In this document: positions 19,096 to 28,983 of the stretch, one piece after another | Numbering within the stretch: the first letter of the stretch is position 1 | Layout of the letters: every line of letters starts with the position of its first letter | Assembly: GCA_965248435.1 (NCBI GenBank) | Contig: OZ252100.1 | Span: 1,056,001-1,120,000 of the forward strand | Source of the DNA: Candidatus Latescibacterota bacterium | GTDB lineage: Bacteria > Latescibacterota > UBA2968 > GCA-2709665 | Direction: 5' to 3' | DNA length: 64,000 nt | Notes under the pieces: generated by a model | Told to the model about the DNA's origin: nothing | Seen by the model: only the letters and a program-made list of their open reading frames with translations | Database searches by the model: none | Made by a program: the position numbers and the translations under genes

Positions 19096-19818
19096 TTAGC
19101 TAACCGGGCTTTCTAGAAGGACGGTGACGCCCATGTCGAAGTACTTCTCTCGCAGGTCGGGCGAGTAGCTTCGAACACAGACCGCAGCACTGGTGTCTTC
19201 CAGTGCTTTCACGACGTAGGCCACGCAGTCATCCATTGTATTGAAGACGTGGTGGGGGTGACGTTTCAGATTGAACATCAGGTCAATTGGGCCGAATGAA
19301 AGGCAGTCCACGCCCGATTTTGCAAAAGCGTGCGCCTGCGTGACGGCTTCGACCGACTCGATCTGCATCCACAACACACCAAACTGGTTCCACCAGGCGG
19401 CGTATTCCACCGGATCCGGGTGATCCTTTACCCCTTGCCTCGCCCCCCCACCATAGCTCCTCCCTCCCTCGGGAAGATAGTAGAATGATTCCAGGGCTTC
19501 CTCCACCGTAGATTCTAGCTCCGTCTGAGGAACCTCCACGCCGCAAGGTCCCAGATCCAGGTAATTGCCGATCATATAGGTGTGGCGGGTATGTTTGATT
19601 CGGAACTGGACGTGAACGTCGTGCTCATCCGCCATCTGGCAAAACTCGACCAGTCTCTCTTCGTTAAGCGCAGAGTGCTGACTGTCGACGTTGACGAAGT
19701 CGTAAGGTCCCTGCCCCAGAATCTCCTCGAGGCGGTCTTTGGATGTTGACAGGGGTAAACCCACACCCACAATCCGTTCGCCTGCGTGAATCCGTTTCTT
19801 GAGGCCGGTAAGCGCCAT
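19096..19818 (-). CDS. HpcH/HpaI aldolase family protein (divergent)
   Basis: VDSQH, LDLGPCGVEVP, GGRSYGG, MQIES, FGPIDL. Confidence 0.8.
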   Translation of the reverse strand: MALTGLKKRIHAGERIVGVGLPLSTSKDRLEEILGQGPYDFVNVDSQHSALNEERLVEFCQMADEHDVHVQFRIKHTRHTYMIGNYLDLGPCGVEVPQTELESTVEEALESFYYLPEGGRSYGGGARQGVKDHPDPVEYAAWWNQFGVLWMQIESVEAVTQAHAFAKSGVDCLSFGPIDLMFNLKRHPHHVFNTMDDCVAYVVKALEDTSAAVCVRSYSPDLREKYFDMGVTVLLESPVS

Positions 19819-19950
19819 TTGCTATTCTCCTTTCTTCGTCTGAATTCTCGATTTACTTGCTCAACTTTCGATAATTACATCCTCGGGCTTCGTGCCCTCG
19901 AGGGCTTTGACAACGTAGGCCACGCGGTCCGCCTTCTAAAGGAAACTCCC

Positions 19951-20544
19951 ATGAACGTAAACGTCAAGGAGATTAGCGTTCCCTACGAATTCAAACTCCC
20001 GAGCGGACGCGTCCTGTTTAGAGTAGAAGAGGTTCGACTCTCCTACGAACAGTTCGATGGGAGCATGGGATCTGACGTGACCCGAGTCAATTTTGAGCGA
20101 GGCGACGCCGTTGGAGCACTGCTTTACGAAGAGGAAACTGGCAAGGTCATCCTTGTGGAGCAATTCCGCTATCCCGTCTATGCCAGAGACGCTCAAAAGG
20201 GCTGGATGCTCGAGATCGTCGCAGGCATCAAAGATGATGAAGGTAGGGTCGTTGCTCGGAGGGAGATTCTGGAAGAGACTGGCTTAGAACCGACCAGCCC
20301 CCTCGAACATTTGACGGATTTCTACGTCAGCCCCGGAGGAACATCTGAAAGGGTTGAGCTTTACCTTGCAAGGGTTCAAGAAACGGGAAGCCTTCAAGAG
20401 AACACTGGGATCGCGGCCGAATCGGAGGATACTCGCACGCACGCCATTCCCCTTGCTGAAGCACTCCAGATGGTGGAAGATGGACGAATCGAAGACGGGA
20501 AGACCATCCTCGCGCTGCTGATGCTCAAGCAGCTCCTCGATTAG
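19951..20544 (+). CDS. NUDIX hydrolase (ADP-ribose pyrophosphatase NudF/NudK-like)
   Basis: ERGDAV, LVEQFRYP, Nudix box AG...ARREILEETG, SPGG, IEDGKT; start moved to ATG 19951 (AAGGA RBS). Confidence 0.88.
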   Translation: MNVNVKEISVPYEFKLPSGRVLFRVEEVRLSYEQFDGSMGSDVTRVNFERGDAVGALLYEEETGKVILVEQFRYPVYARDAQKGWMLEIVAGIKDDEGRVVARREILEETGLEPTSPLEHLTDFYVSPGGTSERVELYLARVQETGSLQENTGIAAESEDTRTHAIPLAEALQMVEDGRIEDGKTILALLMLKQLLD

Positions 20545-20574
20545 TCTCGACTTCCATAAGCGTCACGATTCTGC

Positions 20575-20919
20575 CTACAGGACCTCCAACACATTTTCGG
20601 GCGGTCGCCCGAGCCGGGCCTCGTTCCCCATTACGACAATCGGCCTTTCGATCAGGATCGGATTTGCCACCATCAGCCTGATCAATTCCTTTCTATCATC
20701 CTGCTGGTCGGGTAGGCCAAGATCCTTGTACTCTTTTCTCCGGATCAGATCGATAGGCTCCATCCCGAGCATTCCCAGGATCCGAGCCAGGGCCTCCGCG
20801 TCCGGCGGTGTCTTCAGATACTCCACGATCTTCGGCTCAACGCCCCTCTCATGGAGGAGTTTCAGCGCCTGTCGGCTCTTGCTGCACTTGGGATTGTGAT
20901 AGATGATCACATCGCCCAC
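20575..20919 (-). CDS. arsC: Arsenate reductase (glutaredoxin-dependent ArsC family)
   Basis: YHNPKCSKSR, EYLKTPP, LIERPIV, LGRPPE. Confidence 0.88.
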   Translation of the reverse strand: MGDVIIYHNPKCSKSRQALKLLHERGVEPKIVEYLKTPPDAEALARILGMLGMEPIDLIRRKEYKDLGLPDQQDDRKELIRLMVANPILIERPIVVMGNEARLGRPPENVLEVL

Positions 20920-20940
20920 GTCATGCCTCCTGGTCTTCCC

Positions 20941-21924
20941 TCAACCCCTTACGTTTACCGGCCGCTTCCTGGACGCGGACCTGTATACAGCCTGTGAGAG
21001 CTTCGCGACCCAGACGGCGTAATCGGGAGGCGCATAGCCTCTGCCCCCGTTTCGAATGAAGCGGAAGAATTCGGTATCCGGCGTCGTCTCCTTAATCCGC
21101 GTCGGGACATCTACCGGTTCGTCGTTGAACAGGAAAGATTTTTCTTTCCACTGATGCTGGCGAATTACGATCCCGCCCTTACTCCCGTGGATCGCAAGCC
21201 GCTCATCGTGAATGGCCCCGTTGCCGACCGTGCTCAGGGTCCCGACGGCACCCCCCTTGAACCGCACGGTCAGGACCGTATTGATATCGATCCCTTCCTT
21301 CAAGTGCTCAACAAAGGCCGATACTTCTGTGGGGATCAGCCCGGTCATCCAGAGTACCACTGCGACCATATGACTCCCCGTGTCCATAAACATCCCGCCC
21401 CCTGAGAGCTTCGGATTCAATCGCCACCCCCCCACGCCCAGCCAATTCTGCGTTACAAAGCCAACGACTCCGCGAAGGTCTCCAAGGGCACCCTTCTGTA
21501 TCAGCTCTTGCGCGTAGAGAAAAGAAGCGTGGAAGTGTCTTTGATAGCTGACCATCAGCACGCGCCCTCTCTTCTTTGCAAGGGCAAGCAGTGCCCTGTT
21601 CTGTCGTGACGAAAGCGTGAGCGGCTTCTCGACCAGGACGTGGAGTCCCGCCTGTAAGGCCCGGCGCGCCTGTTCGTAATGCAGTGCGTGAGGCGAGCTG
21701 ATTATGACCGCGTCCAGAGCTTCCTGTCGGACCATCTCTCTGTAGTCGACGTGATAGGCCACCTTCTCACCCCACCGCGCCTCCAGAGCCGCGGCCTGGT
21801 GCTCTACAGGATCAGAAACCGCAGTCACGACCGCGTTCCCGTCGGCTTGGATGCGCGGAATGTGCGCACCCCTCATGTTGCTGCCACAGCCGATCAATCC
21901 GAGTTTGATCTTCTTCTTTGCCAC
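20941..21924 (-). CDS. Gfo/Idh/MocA family oxidoreductase
   Basis: GLIGCG, HVLVEKP, GGGMFMDTGSH; start uncertain (GTG 21924 or ATG 21954). Confidence 0.9.
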   Translation of the reverse strand: MAKKKIKLGLIGCGSNMRGAHIPRIQADGNAVVTAVSDPVEHQAAALEARWGEKVAYHVDYREMVRQEALDAVIISSPHALHYEQARRALQAGLHVLVEKPLTLSSRQNRALLALAKKRGRVLMVSYQRHFHASFLYAQELIQKGALGDLRGVVGFVTQNWLGVGGWRLNPKLSGGGMFMDTGSHMVAVVLWMTGLIPTEVSAFVEHLKEGIDINTVLTVRFKGGAVGTLSTVGNGAIHDERLAIHGSKGGIVIRQHQWKEKSFLFNDEPVDVPTRIKETTPDTEFFRFIRNGGRGYAPPDYAVWVAKLSQAVYRSASRKRPVNVRG

Positions 21925-22050
21925 TCCTTGGATTCTCCTCCTCGTAGAAGGCATTTCTTTGCCCGGCTGTGACCCGAACGCGCCGCTGAAACCCGAATGA
22001 CTCCGCTACTCGGCTAGCCGTCCGCGGTCTGCCGTCCGCTGTCCGCATTC

Positions 22051-22488
22051 CTACATTCTCCTCAGGTAGGCCGAAAGGAACACCACGATCACGGCGAGCA
22101 CGACATTTACCGCGAGCAGCTGTTTTCGTCGTGTTTTCAAAGAGGAAAAGAGGTCGCCGGGTGTGGTCAGCAAGAAGGCGATCCCGAAGATGACCAGGGC
22201 CAGTAGAATCTTAGTCAGCAGGATGTGTAGATAGGCGGGTGCGGCCGCCAGGCCTCCCCTCATCGCCACCATGCCGACATTGTAAAGTCCGGTAAAAAAA
22301 AGCACCGCGATGCTGACCCACAAGATCGGACGAAATCGCTTCATCACCCCGTCCGTCAGCTGCCGCTGCTGCACCTCATCCAGTGATCGGGAAGCAGGCA
22401 GCAGCACGAACCTCAGAAAAAAGCTACCCCCTATAGCCACGATAGCCGACAGGAGATGCAGCCATTGAATCGCGATTCGCATCCTCAT
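22051..22488 (-). CDS. Four-helix membrane protein (CopD/DUF4149-like)
   Basis: WLHLLSAIVAIGG, FTGLYN, LTKILLA; GGAG RBS before ATG 22488. Confidence 0.7.
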   Translation of the reverse strand: MRMRIAIQWLHLLSAIVAIGGSFFLRFVLLPASRSLDEVQQRQLTDGVMKRFRPILWVSIAVLFFTGLYNVGMVAMRGGLAAAPAYLHILLTKILLALVIFGIAFLLTTPGDLFSSLKTRRKQLLAVNVVLAVIVVFLSAYLRRM

Positions 22489-22770
22489 TGCTCCTTTCCT
22501 GGGCAGGAAATGGACTCGCACGCCTCGGCGTACGTAAATTGCTCGTTTCCGAATCTATGGATCGTTGTCCTAATACGGAGGCTCGTGAATGATGACAAAC
22601 TACAAGGCAGGCATCGCCTGGCTTCGCGGGACAGGCTGGCTGTATGAAGTAGCGAACGACCGCCCACGCAGCTGGGGCCGAGTGGGACGCCAGTAGGAAT
22701 GGCGCCGATGCACGATGATCGTGATCCACCCCCGACAGCGCATCCGAGCAATGCGCGATCTGACCCGGGC

Positions 22771-23822
22771 TTAATTCATTCGCTGAAGGTCGCGAGCCCA
22801 CACACGCTGCAATTGCCCACTTTCCAGCATCCCCAGGAGTGGGTTCTCGGGTCCCGAGTAAGGAAAATCGACCCTCGCCCCGAGGCGCTTCGATTCGTAG
22901 ATCGCAAATGCCATTTCCAGTGCGGCCCTCGCATCTCTTCCGCTGGATATACTTTCCTCACCGTGCTCTACACACGCCACGAGTTCATTGATGGCGGTCT
23001 CGAAAAGGTCATTCACCTCCCCTTCGATCACTTCGCCATCCCTGAACGAGCTGGGGTCCGGGCCATCCTCCCCCGCGCGCCAGACCCGGATCAAAGGCCG
23101 CCAGCCATCGAAATTTCGGGCCTCGATCTTTCCGGTGCTTCCCTCCAGGATGATCGACTCATACCGATAGTCGGTCCCCGCCCCGGAGAGATAGGTGCCC
23201 CGAGCGCCGGTCTGGAATCTGAAAAAGGCGGTGACACACTCTTGATTCGACTCGCGGGTCAGATTCCGATCGATATCTGCAAGGACCCAGTCCGGCTCCC
23301 CTGCGAAGAATCGAAACGCATCCAAAGCGTGAGTCGCATTGTGGAAGAGCGAACCCTGGTCCCCGGTGTAGAGCACGCTGACACTTTGAAGGTCACCGAT
23401 TTCTCCCTGATCGACCCATTCCTTTATTTTGCGGTAGTTCACCTCGAACCGCATGGAATGATCCACTGCAAGCCGCGCCCCCGCTTCGTCACAGGCCTCG
23501 ATCATCCGGTCCGCATCCGCCAGGCTGAGTGCGATCGGCTTCTCACAGAAGATTCGCTTGACGCCTGCTTCTGCCGACCTTATGACGGGATCCACGTGCT
23601 CTTCATTTCGCGTGCAGACGCTGATGAAGTCGAGCTCTTCATTTTCGAGCATCTCTTCATACGTCTTGTAGATCCCGGTAAAACGCAATTCGGCCGCCAA
23701 CGCTTCAACCTTCTCCACGAACAGGTCCGCTGCTGCAACGAGATGAATCCCCTTCATCCTGGCGTAGGCCTGGGCGTGCCGACTCCCCAGTTTCCACAAC
23801 CTATCACGGCGGCGCGATACAT
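22771..23822 (-). CDS. Gfo/Idh/MocA family oxidoreductase, frameshifted near codon 11
   Basis: AGGAGG + ATG gives MYRAAVIGCG, then a shift at AAA (23791-23793) into KLGSRHAQAY...IFCEKP...HNATH; one missing A restores the gene. Confidence 0.8.
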
Positions 23823-23927
23823 CTCAGCCCTCCTGTTTTGTCCAAAGTGGCCACAAAATTCTGTCTAGTATAGCGAATTCCGATCCGAGCAACAACGTAT
23901 CTCGTATCTCGGGGCCATACATGCACA

Positions 23928-23958
23928 CAGGGGCACGGCGAGCCTGTCCGTGCCCTAC
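23928..23958 (-). repeat. GTAG-type REP-like palindrome
   Basis: Minus strand GTAG-GGCACGG-ACAGGCTCG-CCGTGCC; single copy in the window. Confidence 0.45.
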
Positions 23959-23981
23959 ACAATATTCCTGTTCGAGGCCAC

Positions 23982-24013
23982 AAAAAAGGGCCCCACGCTA
24001 CACATAGGGCCCT
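23982..24013 (-). terminator. Rho-independent terminator of the DUF3179 gene
   Basis: AGGGCCC...GGGCCCT stem followed by a T-run on the minus strand. Confidence 0.7.
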
Positions 24014-24041
24014 CCTAGTATGACATCCACTGGTGTTGCTT

Positions 24042-25199
24042 CTACTGGAAAGTTTCCGAGTCCTGCCAGAAGGTCGCCCAGGCGAACCAGAACGCATTGT
24101 GAGAGGGTACCTGCTGGAGCTGCTTTCCCTTGAGTTCGCCGTCGAGCGCCTCTCCGAGCAGGTTCCAGCTCGAACCCGTCCCATTGTCCTTCATGTAGAA
24201 GGGGAAGATGGCGCTCTCTGAGGCGATCGAATCGAACGTCAGCTTCTGGCCATCGACCGTGCTGAAGTAGGCAACAGTGAACGCTTCGGCCATGTGAGAG
24301 ACCACGACGATATCGTTTCCTGCCACATTGTCGTTGATCAGGGAATTGGTGCTCAGAGCCGTGAAAAGGTAAGCCTTGGCTTCCTCTCCGAACCGGATTC
24401 CGAGGGTCAGTCGCTTCGGCTCGTGTTGTGCGACGAGCGGATTCGACGCGAGGGGTGGAAACGTCTCATAGAATGGAGAAGACTGAAGCGACTTGTTGTT
24501 TCCATACGGATAGGTTAGATACTGCCCTATGGGGTAGACACCGTTATTCCCGCTCACGACTTTTGTATCCGGATAAAGCTGCTTCCAGTACCGCCAGGTT
24601 GTCTCTATGACAGGCAGCAGTTCCAGCTCCTCGCCTATGCGCGGGCCGAAAAACGCCTTGTAGGTCATCTGTGGATACAGCGTCCCGCCGTCTCGACGAT
24701 CATACATCACGAGGTTGTTGTTGAACAGCCAGCCTGAAACGCCCATGCCGATACGACCGCCGTCTGCCGCTACCCCGTTGAATACCATGCCCGTCTCCGT
24801 CAACGGGCAGAGCGTTGCGACGATCGGCACGCCACCCACGACATCGTTCACGATTTCGTGATGCCAACCGATATTGTGCGGATAGGCCCTCGCCTCACCG
24901 TTGATCACCACGCCCATCACGATATCGGTTTCGCCAACGTAACTGGCTTCAAAGTCACCGGGATCGGCAAGGGGGGGATCGGTCAGGGCGGGGATGCCGT
25001 CCTTTCCAGGCCCCCCGTCCCTGAGCTGGTCGACAGGAAATTTGCTTATGTCCAGAAAGTTCGGTCCGGAGCTGACGGTCGGCCCTGCACTCCCTCCGCC
25101 GCCACCTGCGTTGGACCCCCCGGTCCCTGAATCGCCGCCACATCCGAAAATACCCAGCCCCAGAAGCAGTAGAAGACCTTTGGAAAGTGGGTTTTTCAT
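24042..25199 (-). CDS. DUF3179 family lipoprotein
   Basis: Lipobox IFGC, Gly-rich linker, GGPGKDGIPAL, RAYP..I..HEIVND, TLCPLT, SGWLFNNNLVMYDR, FWFAW. Confidence 0.88.
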   Translation of the reverse strand: MKNPLSKGLLLLLGLGIFGCGGDSGTGGSNAGGGGGSAGPTVSSGPNFLDISKFPVDQLRDGGPGKDGIPALTDPPLADPGDFEASYVGETDIVMGVVINGEARAYPHNIGWHHEIVNDVVGGVPIVATLCPLTETGMVFNGVAADGGRIGMGVSGWLFNNNLVMYDRRDGGTLYPQMTYKAFFGPRIGEELELLPVIETTWRYWKQLYPDTKVVSGNNGVYPIGQYLTYPYGNNKSLQSSPFYETFPPLASNPLVAQHEPKRLTLGIRFGEEAKAYLFTALSTNSLINDNVAGNDIVVVSHMAEAFTVAYFSTVDGQKLTFDSIASESAIFPFYMKDNGTGSSWNLLGEALDGELKGKQLQQVPSHNAFWFAWATFWQDSETFQ

Positions 25200-25261
25200 A
25201 TCGCCATCTCCTTGCCAGGAGCCCGCGCCAGCAAAAAAAGTCTAAATCCCCTCATTCAGGG

Positions 25262-25277
25262 TGCAAGACCTGTGCCG
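25262..25277 (-). promoter_or_regulatory. sigma54-type -24/-12 promoter candidate (DUF3179 gene)
   Basis: CGGCAC-AGGTC-TTGCA, GG-N10-GC spacing. Confidence 0.5.
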
Positions 25278-25399
25278 CAAATCGAGATCATCCAGACTTT
25301 TGCGCAAAGGAGTATGTATCATACTATTAATAAACGATATATGCGCCAAAACCTCGAGTCGCAAAGCTTCCCCCCGATTCGAAGGATTCTAACCCTATT

Positions 25400-25427
25400 A
25401 TTATAGTCGAACGCGAGGATGTGTCAA
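25400..25427 (-). promoter_or_regulatory. sigma70-type promoter upstream of the DUF3179 gene
   Basis: TTGACA-16 nt-TATAAT. Confidence 0.6.
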
Positions 25428-25500
25428 CCGGGCCTGGCGACGCCCGCTCTATCCTTGTAAACCGCTGAAGCACATAAAGGTTCCTCTCAACTGCTCTGCA

Positions 25501-26430
25501 TCAACCCTCCGGCCTCGGATGAACCACGCACCCAAGGGAATCCATGGCCGCAGAACCGAAGAGACCGATCCCACCCTCGATGCGAAACAGGGGCCGTTCG
25601 AAATTGTCCCCGGCGAGGTTCCCGAAATTGCCACCCTCGTTTTCCGGGCTGGACCGTACAAAGTCGAACCAGTTTTCGTCCAGCGCATAGATCTTGATAA
25701 TGTGCCTACCGGCGAAAGCAACCGCAAACCACGGCAGGCGAAGTCTGCCGTCCGGAGCGACGAAGGCAGGGGAACTCTCCTCCCGGTTCAGGTCCGCGTA
25801 GTCGGATTCATCCAGAAAGTCTGCCTCGAGGACGCGCTCTGAACCAGGATCGAGGCTGAAGACCCCCGCCTGATAGCCCGGTACATCCAAGGGCTCGAAT
25901 CGGACCTCCAGCAGCCCGTCCAGGTAGGTCACTTGATTCTCTGGAGCAGTGAAGACAAGATCGATCCCATCACTAAAGGTCTTGAATTGGCGCCTCACTT
26001 CAAGCGTCTCCTCATCCAGTAAGACCGCCTCTCGGATCTGGAAAGGCTCCGGCGTGCGGGTCGCCGCACGGACCTCACGGCCGTCAACGCTTACCACAAG
26101 GCCGTATTCCGTGTTCGGCAACACCGTGGATGGTTCTCCTAAGGGAAGGTAGCGACCTGCCGAATCGGGGTCTGCCTGATAAGAAAAACTCTGATCTCCC
26201 TGTCGTATCTCGACATCCGCCCCGAACACGGCTGCCATCTCACGGCGGTACTCCCGACCGGGTGAGACCGTCCTGTGGAGGAAAAGGTCAGGCAGCGGAT
26301 GGCCCACGATCAGCAGCGCGTCCACGACCAGGGTTCCTTCTTCAGACGGCCCGAAAAGATCTCCGGTTCCACGGTCTGCAGAGCAGGCAACAATCAGAAC
26401 TGAACTCGCAATCGGGAGGATCCCTTTCAA
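25501..26430 (-). CDS. DUF4249-like outer-membrane lipoprotein
   Basis: AGGAG RBS + TTG, lipobox IVAC, LVVDALL, C-terminal IEGGIGLFGS; follows the TonB receptor. Confidence 0.7.
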   Translation of the reverse strand: MKGILPIASSVLIVACSADRGTGDLFGPSEEGTLVVDALLIVGHPLPDLFLHRTVSPGREYRREMAAVFGADVEIRQGDQSFSYQADPDSAGRYLPLGEPSTVLPNTEYGLVVSVDGREVRAATRTPEPFQIREAVLLDEETLEVRRQFKTFSDGIDLVFTAPENQVTYLDGLLEVRFEPLDVPGYQAGVFSLDPGSERVLEADFLDESDYADLNREESSPAFVAPDGRLRLPWFAVAFAGRHIIKIYALDENWFDFVRSSPENEGGNFGNLAGDNFERPLFRIEGGIGLFGSAAMDSLGCVVHPRPEG

Positions 26431-26450
26431 GAACGATCTCCTTTTCTTCT

Positions 26451-28688
26451 CTAGATTTTGAAATTGAGTCCAATCGTCGGCACAATCGGAAGCATCTTCA
26501 CAACTTTCGGCTCTGTTTTCGGGTTGTCGGTATCGTACTGGACGAACCACTCATTTCGACGGTTATAGACATTGAATACCTGCAGGTAGGCCTCGGCATC
26601 GGTTCCGAAAAGCTTGAATCTTCTTGTCAGATTCATGTCGATCCGGTGGTAGGGCAGGAGCCGCCCGCTGTTACGAGGCGCAGGCAGGATGAAATCATCC
26701 CTCAAAAAGGCCGCAGTAGCCGGAGATCGTAAAGTATAGCGGGCGGAGGCAGGGGTAAAGGCCTGACCCGTGCCATAGATAAGGTTTGCCCCGAGGGACC
26801 AGCGACCCACCCTGTAGTTGGCCACAAAACTCAAGTCGTTTCGTCTATCGTATTTTGGAGGGAATCGGCGGCCGCCGTTCAGTTCTCCGAACTGGCGCCG
26901 TGTCCACCCGAGCGTGTATCCCACCCATCCGGTTAGCGCTCCAGTGCGTCGCTGCAAGAAGACCTCGATTCCGGTCGCGAATCCGGTTCCTCCTGAAACG
27001 AAGACATCCTCTGACGTTGTCTCTTCACTATCCTCGGCAACGTTGTTGTCCAGAACAACAAGGTTGCTCAGATCTCTATAGTAGAACTCCGCAGTTGCCT
27101 GGTATCTCCTTGAGGGTTCCCACTCCATCCCCACAACCCCCTGCAGCGATCGACTTGGCGATACTGTGCGGTCCAGCGGGACCCAGAAATCTCCTCCACT
27201 GAATCCCTCGGTCGTCACGAGCTGCAAGTATTGGTGATAGACACCTCCACCCAGCTTCAATTTCACAGTGGGACGGAGTCGTTGACTGAGGGATAATCGC
27301 GGTTCCAGCTGAAATCGCCCACCTTCGCTGAAATAGTTGGTCCTGAGCCCCAATCGGATACTGGTTGCTGCGCCGGGCTGCCACATATCCTGGATGTATA
27401 AGGACAAAAGCCTCGGGCGTTCCTTCAGGTCGATTTGATCTTGCTGGTTGAACGCAGACTCGAACGAAAAGTCGTATAGCGTGCCCAGAAATCCGGCGGT
27501 CAGGGCGTGTCGGCTGCTGGCGAAATAGTCCAGATCCCCTTTGAAGGTAAAATCTTGAATGCTGTTCGAGAACTGGATCGGCGTCTCGAAAAAGCTCAGG
27601 GAGGTCTTGCTCGTATACTTGCTTCCAGCAACCATGAAATTGCCAAACAGGGCCGGAGAAAAAACGTGCGTCCACTTTCCCGTGAAGGCTGTGTTTCCCC
27701 AACGGATGTTCACGAAACTCCCTTCGTCCAGATCAAGATTCAAGTCATCTCTGCCGAAGTATCCGCTGATGGTCAAATTGTCTTGGTCGCCGAGATCCTG
27801 GTTCAGCTTGGCGTTCAGGTCGTAAAAGAAATATGACGGCACTTCTGTGCTGTCGTTCCGGATTGCGGCCAGAATGGGATCCAGGTAGGTTCTTCTGCCC
27901 GAAATCATCCACGATCCCTTCTTCACCGGACCCTCGATCGTCGTCCGCGCGGAGATCAAGCTGATGCCTCCCCTGGCCTGAAATTCCTTATTGTTGCCGT
28001 CCCGGTTGTGAACGTCCAAAACAGACCCCAAACGTCCTCCATACTGCGCGGGAAACGCGCCTTTGTGGAGGCTCATGTCCCGGATTGCATCCGGGTTGAA
28101 CGTGGAGAAAAACCCGAACGCGTGTGAGGGATTGTAGAGAGGGATCTGATCGAGGAGAATCAGGGTCTGGTCCGGCCCCCCACCTCGGATGTATAGCCCG
28201 CTGCTGATGTCGGATGCAGACTGGATCCCCGGAAGCAGCTGCAAGCTGCGTAAGATGTCGGCCTCCCCGACTGCTGGAATCTCCTGCAAGCTTGACGCTT
28301 CCAGAGAAAGGAACCCGGTCTGTACTTCACGTTCCTGTTTGTATCGATCGGCCTCCACAACAATTTCCTCTGTTTGGATCGGCGCCTCCGATAGAGCGAT
28401 CGCCAGACGCGTTTCCTCCTCGCCCTCAAATTCCAGGGTGTCTCTGAATGCGAAGTACCCGATAAACGACACCTCAAGAACGTAGGTTCCTGGCGATATG
28501 CTCTTTATCGCGTAATAGCCGTCTTGATTGGCCAGGGCACCGAGGGTCGGTCCCGCTGATAAAAGGACAACATTCGCGTAGGGCAGGGCCTCTCCGTTAC
28601 TGTTGTCCGTAACGAATCCGCTCAAGGTTGCGGCGGCGACCTCAAATGGAAGAATTATCACAAGTAGTGACAAGACACTTCGGTTCAC
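26451..28688 (-). CDS. TonB-dependent receptor with N-terminal carboxypeptidase-regulatory-like domain
   Basis: LSGFVTD..NGEALPYANV, LQLLPGI, YIRGGGPDQ, FPAQYGGRLGSVLD, C-terminal NFKI; GGAG RBS before GTG 28688. Confidence 0.9.
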   Translation of the reverse strand: MNRSVLSLLVIILPFEVAAATLSGFVTDNSNGEALPYANVVLLSAGPTLGALANQDGYYAIKSISPGTYVLEVSFIGYFAFRDTLEFEGEEETRLAIALSEAPIQTEEIVVEADRYKQEREVQTGFLSLEASSLQEIPAVGEADILRSLQLLPGIQSASDISSGLYIRGGGPDQTLILLDQIPLYNPSHAFGFFSTFNPDAIRDMSLHKGAFPAQYGGRLGSVLDVHNRDGNNKEFQARGGISLISARTTIEGPVKKGSWMISGRRTYLDPILAAIRNDSTEVPSYFFYDLNAKLNQDLGDQDNLTISGYFGRDDLNLDLDEGSFVNIRWGNTAFTGKWTHVFSPALFGNFMVAGSKYTSKTSLSFFETPIQFSNSIQDFTFKGDLDYFASSRHALTAGFLGTLYDFSFESAFNQQDQIDLKERPRLLSLYIQDMWQPGAATSIRLGLRTNYFSEGGRFQLEPRLSLSQRLRPTVKLKLGGGVYHQYLQLVTTEGFSGGDFWVPLDRTVSPSRSLQGVVGMEWEPSRRYQATAEFYYRDLSNLVVLDNNVAEDSEETTSEDVFVSGGTGFATGIEVFLQRRTGALTGWVGYTLGWTRRQFGELNGGRRFPPKYDRRNDLSFVANYRVGRWSLGANLIYGTGQAFTPASARYTLRSPATAAFLRDDFILPAPRNSGRLLPYHRIDMNLTRRFKLFGTDAEAYLQVFNVYNRRNEWFVQYDTDNPKTEPKVVKMLPIVPTIGLNFKI

Positions 28689-28743
28689 TCTCTCTCCTTT
28701 GATTCCACGAAAATTGCGTTTTATCCGCCGGCGAGCCTCCGAA

Positions 28744-28759
28744 TGCAATTTGTATGCCG
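28744..28759 (-). promoter_or_regulatory. sigma54-type -24/-12 promoter candidate (TonB receptor operon)
   Basis: CGGCAT-ACAAA-TTGCA, 55 nt upstream of the start. Confidence 0.5.
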
Positions 28760-28897
28760 GGTTGGCCCATCAACGAATTCCCCGTTTGTTCTTAGTGCAA
28801 ACGTATGAACTCTCGAGGCGCAGGGTGATTGCCCGCAACACCTGTAGCCAAAAATCGACATCTCACCTCGATAAGGTCAGCTTTGAGAATTCCTCTC

Positions 28898-28926
28898 TTG
28901 CTTTTGAAAACACGCTATGGTATCTT
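28898..28926 (+). promoter_or_regulatory. sigma70-type promoter of the B12 radical SAM gene
   Basis: TTGCTT-17 nt-TATCTT with extended -10 TG. Confidence 0.5.
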
Positions 28927-28983
28927 TTTCTGAAATTCGGGCTGCTTTGGCCCAAATTCTTCGCTCGAAAAAGGGAAACCAGC

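Noticed and set aside
22490-22770. Small ORFs in the spacer upstream of the CopD-like gene
   Set aside because: No RBS or recognisable motifs; overlapping candidates in several frames
22699-23868. 389-aa + strand ORF, and many similar long overlapping ORFs in the track
   Set aside because: Antisense or alternate-frame shadows of well-supported genes, expected at this GC content
28760-28900. Cobalamin riboswitch between the TonB receptor and B12 radical SAM genes (GCCCGCAAC)
   Set aside because: Lacks the GGGAA...GGTG core and B12-box arrangement on either strand
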